This document shows, piece by piece, positions 63,568-64,000 of a stretch of 64,000 nucleotides of DNA (position 1 is the stretch's first letter; every line of letters starts with the position of its first letter). Under the pieces are notes generated by a model. That model made no database searches. It was not told the DNA's origin and saw only the letters and a list, made by a program, of their open reading frames with translations. Origin of the DNA: Acidimicrobiales bacterium (lineage in GTDB: Bacteria > Actinomycetota > Acidimicrobiia > Acidimicrobiales > JAVJTC01). The position numbers were made by a program, and so were the translations under genes. Location of the stretch: NCBI GenBank assembly GCA_040219085.1, contig JAVJTC010000009.1, forward strand, positions 164,539 to 228,538. The letters run 5' to 3'.

Positions 63568-64000
63568 GTGGACACGGTCTGGGTCTTCGGCGACCAACTC
63601 AGCGTCGACATCAAGAGCCTCGCCGGCAGGGATCCGGCGACCACCACGGTCCTGCTCGTCGAGTCCGGGGCGACCATCGGAGATCGCCCCTGGCACCGCC
63701 AGCGCCTGCACGTCGTCCTTGCCGGGATGCGTCGGTTCGCTGGGGAACTCGAGACGGCGGGATTCACCGTGGACCTGCGCCCGGCCCCCACGTTCGCCAC
63801 CGGTCTCCGCGCGCATCGCGAGCGGTTTTCGCCCGACCGGGTGGTCGCGATGGAGCCGATGTCGTGGAGCGGGCAGACGATGCTGGAGCGGCTCGACGTG
63901 GACATCGTCGGCTCGAACCAGTTCCTGTGCCACCGGGACGACTTCGCCGCGTGGGCCGCCGAACGCGACGGACGCCTGCGGATGGAGGACTTCTACCGGT
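63568..64000 (+). CDS. Photolyase/cryptochrome-related protein (COG3046-type), 5' part only
   Basis: Not in the ORF track because no stop occurs before the window end. My own translation from the GTG at 63568 gives VDTVWVFGDQLSVD...RPWHRQRLHVVLAGMRRFAGELETAGF...RLRMEDFYR, which is typical of the deoxyribodipyrimidine-photolyase-related family. Confidence 0.7.
   Translation, partial: MDTVWVFGDQLSVDIKSLAGRDPATTTVLLVESGATIGDRPWHRQRLHVVLAGMRRFAGELETAGFTVDLRPAPTFATGLRAHRERFSPDRVVAMEPMSWSGQTMLERLDVDIVGSNQFLCHRDDFAAWAAERDGRLRMEDFYR

Noticed and set aside
1-64000. Mobile elements, prophage, defence systems, toxin-antitoxin pairs, tRNA/rRNA genes
   Set aside because: I looked for integrase, transposase or recombinase motifs, terminal inverted repeats, short paired ORFs and tRNA-like sequence in the spacers. 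I found none. Nearly every spacer is under 100 nt, and every sizeable gene has a metabolic, transport or regulatory signature.

Overview
High-GC, Actinomycetota-like chromosomal segment: the lipoprotein signals end in AACGDDDD-type lipoboxes and an F420-type PPOX gene is present. It holds about 58 tightly packed protein genes, many joined by 4-bp ATGA/GTGA start/stop overlaps. I found no rRNA, tRNA, CRISPR array, transposase or integrase. Almost all long antisense ORFs in the track are high-GC artefacts.

Functional blocks:
- (i) 0-29 kb: a sugar or sugar-acid catabolic island. It contains two isomerase-like genes, two P450s, SDRs, an SMP-30 lactonase, two CUT2-type sugar ABC systems, two enolase-superfamily enzymes, an MmgE/PrpD protein, a TPP E1 alpha/beta pair and a CaiB-like CoA-transferase. 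A recurring 12-15 bp box (GGTAACGTTKCCGGA-like) sits in seven upstream regions, and one LacI-family regulator is encoded here.
- (ii) 29-35 kb: ketopantoate-reductase-like, PPOX, two tandem CaiC-like acyl-CoA ligases, a cyclase and a SnoaL-like gene. These continue the same minus-strand array.
- (iii) 35-43.5 kb: MFS transporter, FAD flavoprotein, PAP2 protein, a signal-less BtuF-like binding protein, a SulP/STAS permease and a GH15 enzyme.
- (iv) 43.5-53.2 kb: a Pro/Thr-rich lipoprotein, an FAD flavoprotein, VOC, SDR, class II aldolase and a Liv-type ABC system.
- (v) 53.3-62.2 kb: the least explained and most interesting block. It is a CoA-thioester-centred cluster with two APH-fold kinase domains. 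One kinase is fused to a CoA-transferase B-like domain, and each is paired with a small helical module. The cluster also has a CoA-transferase A-like subunit, two divergently transcribed paralogous unknowns sharing an RDHSWG motif, a methylmalonyl-CoA-epimerase-like VOC and a third CaiC-like ligase. No acyl-CoA dehydrogenase is present.

The window ends with an APC permease and the 5' part of a photolyase/cryptochrome-related gene. All functional calls come from reading motifs by eye, and no database search was possible.
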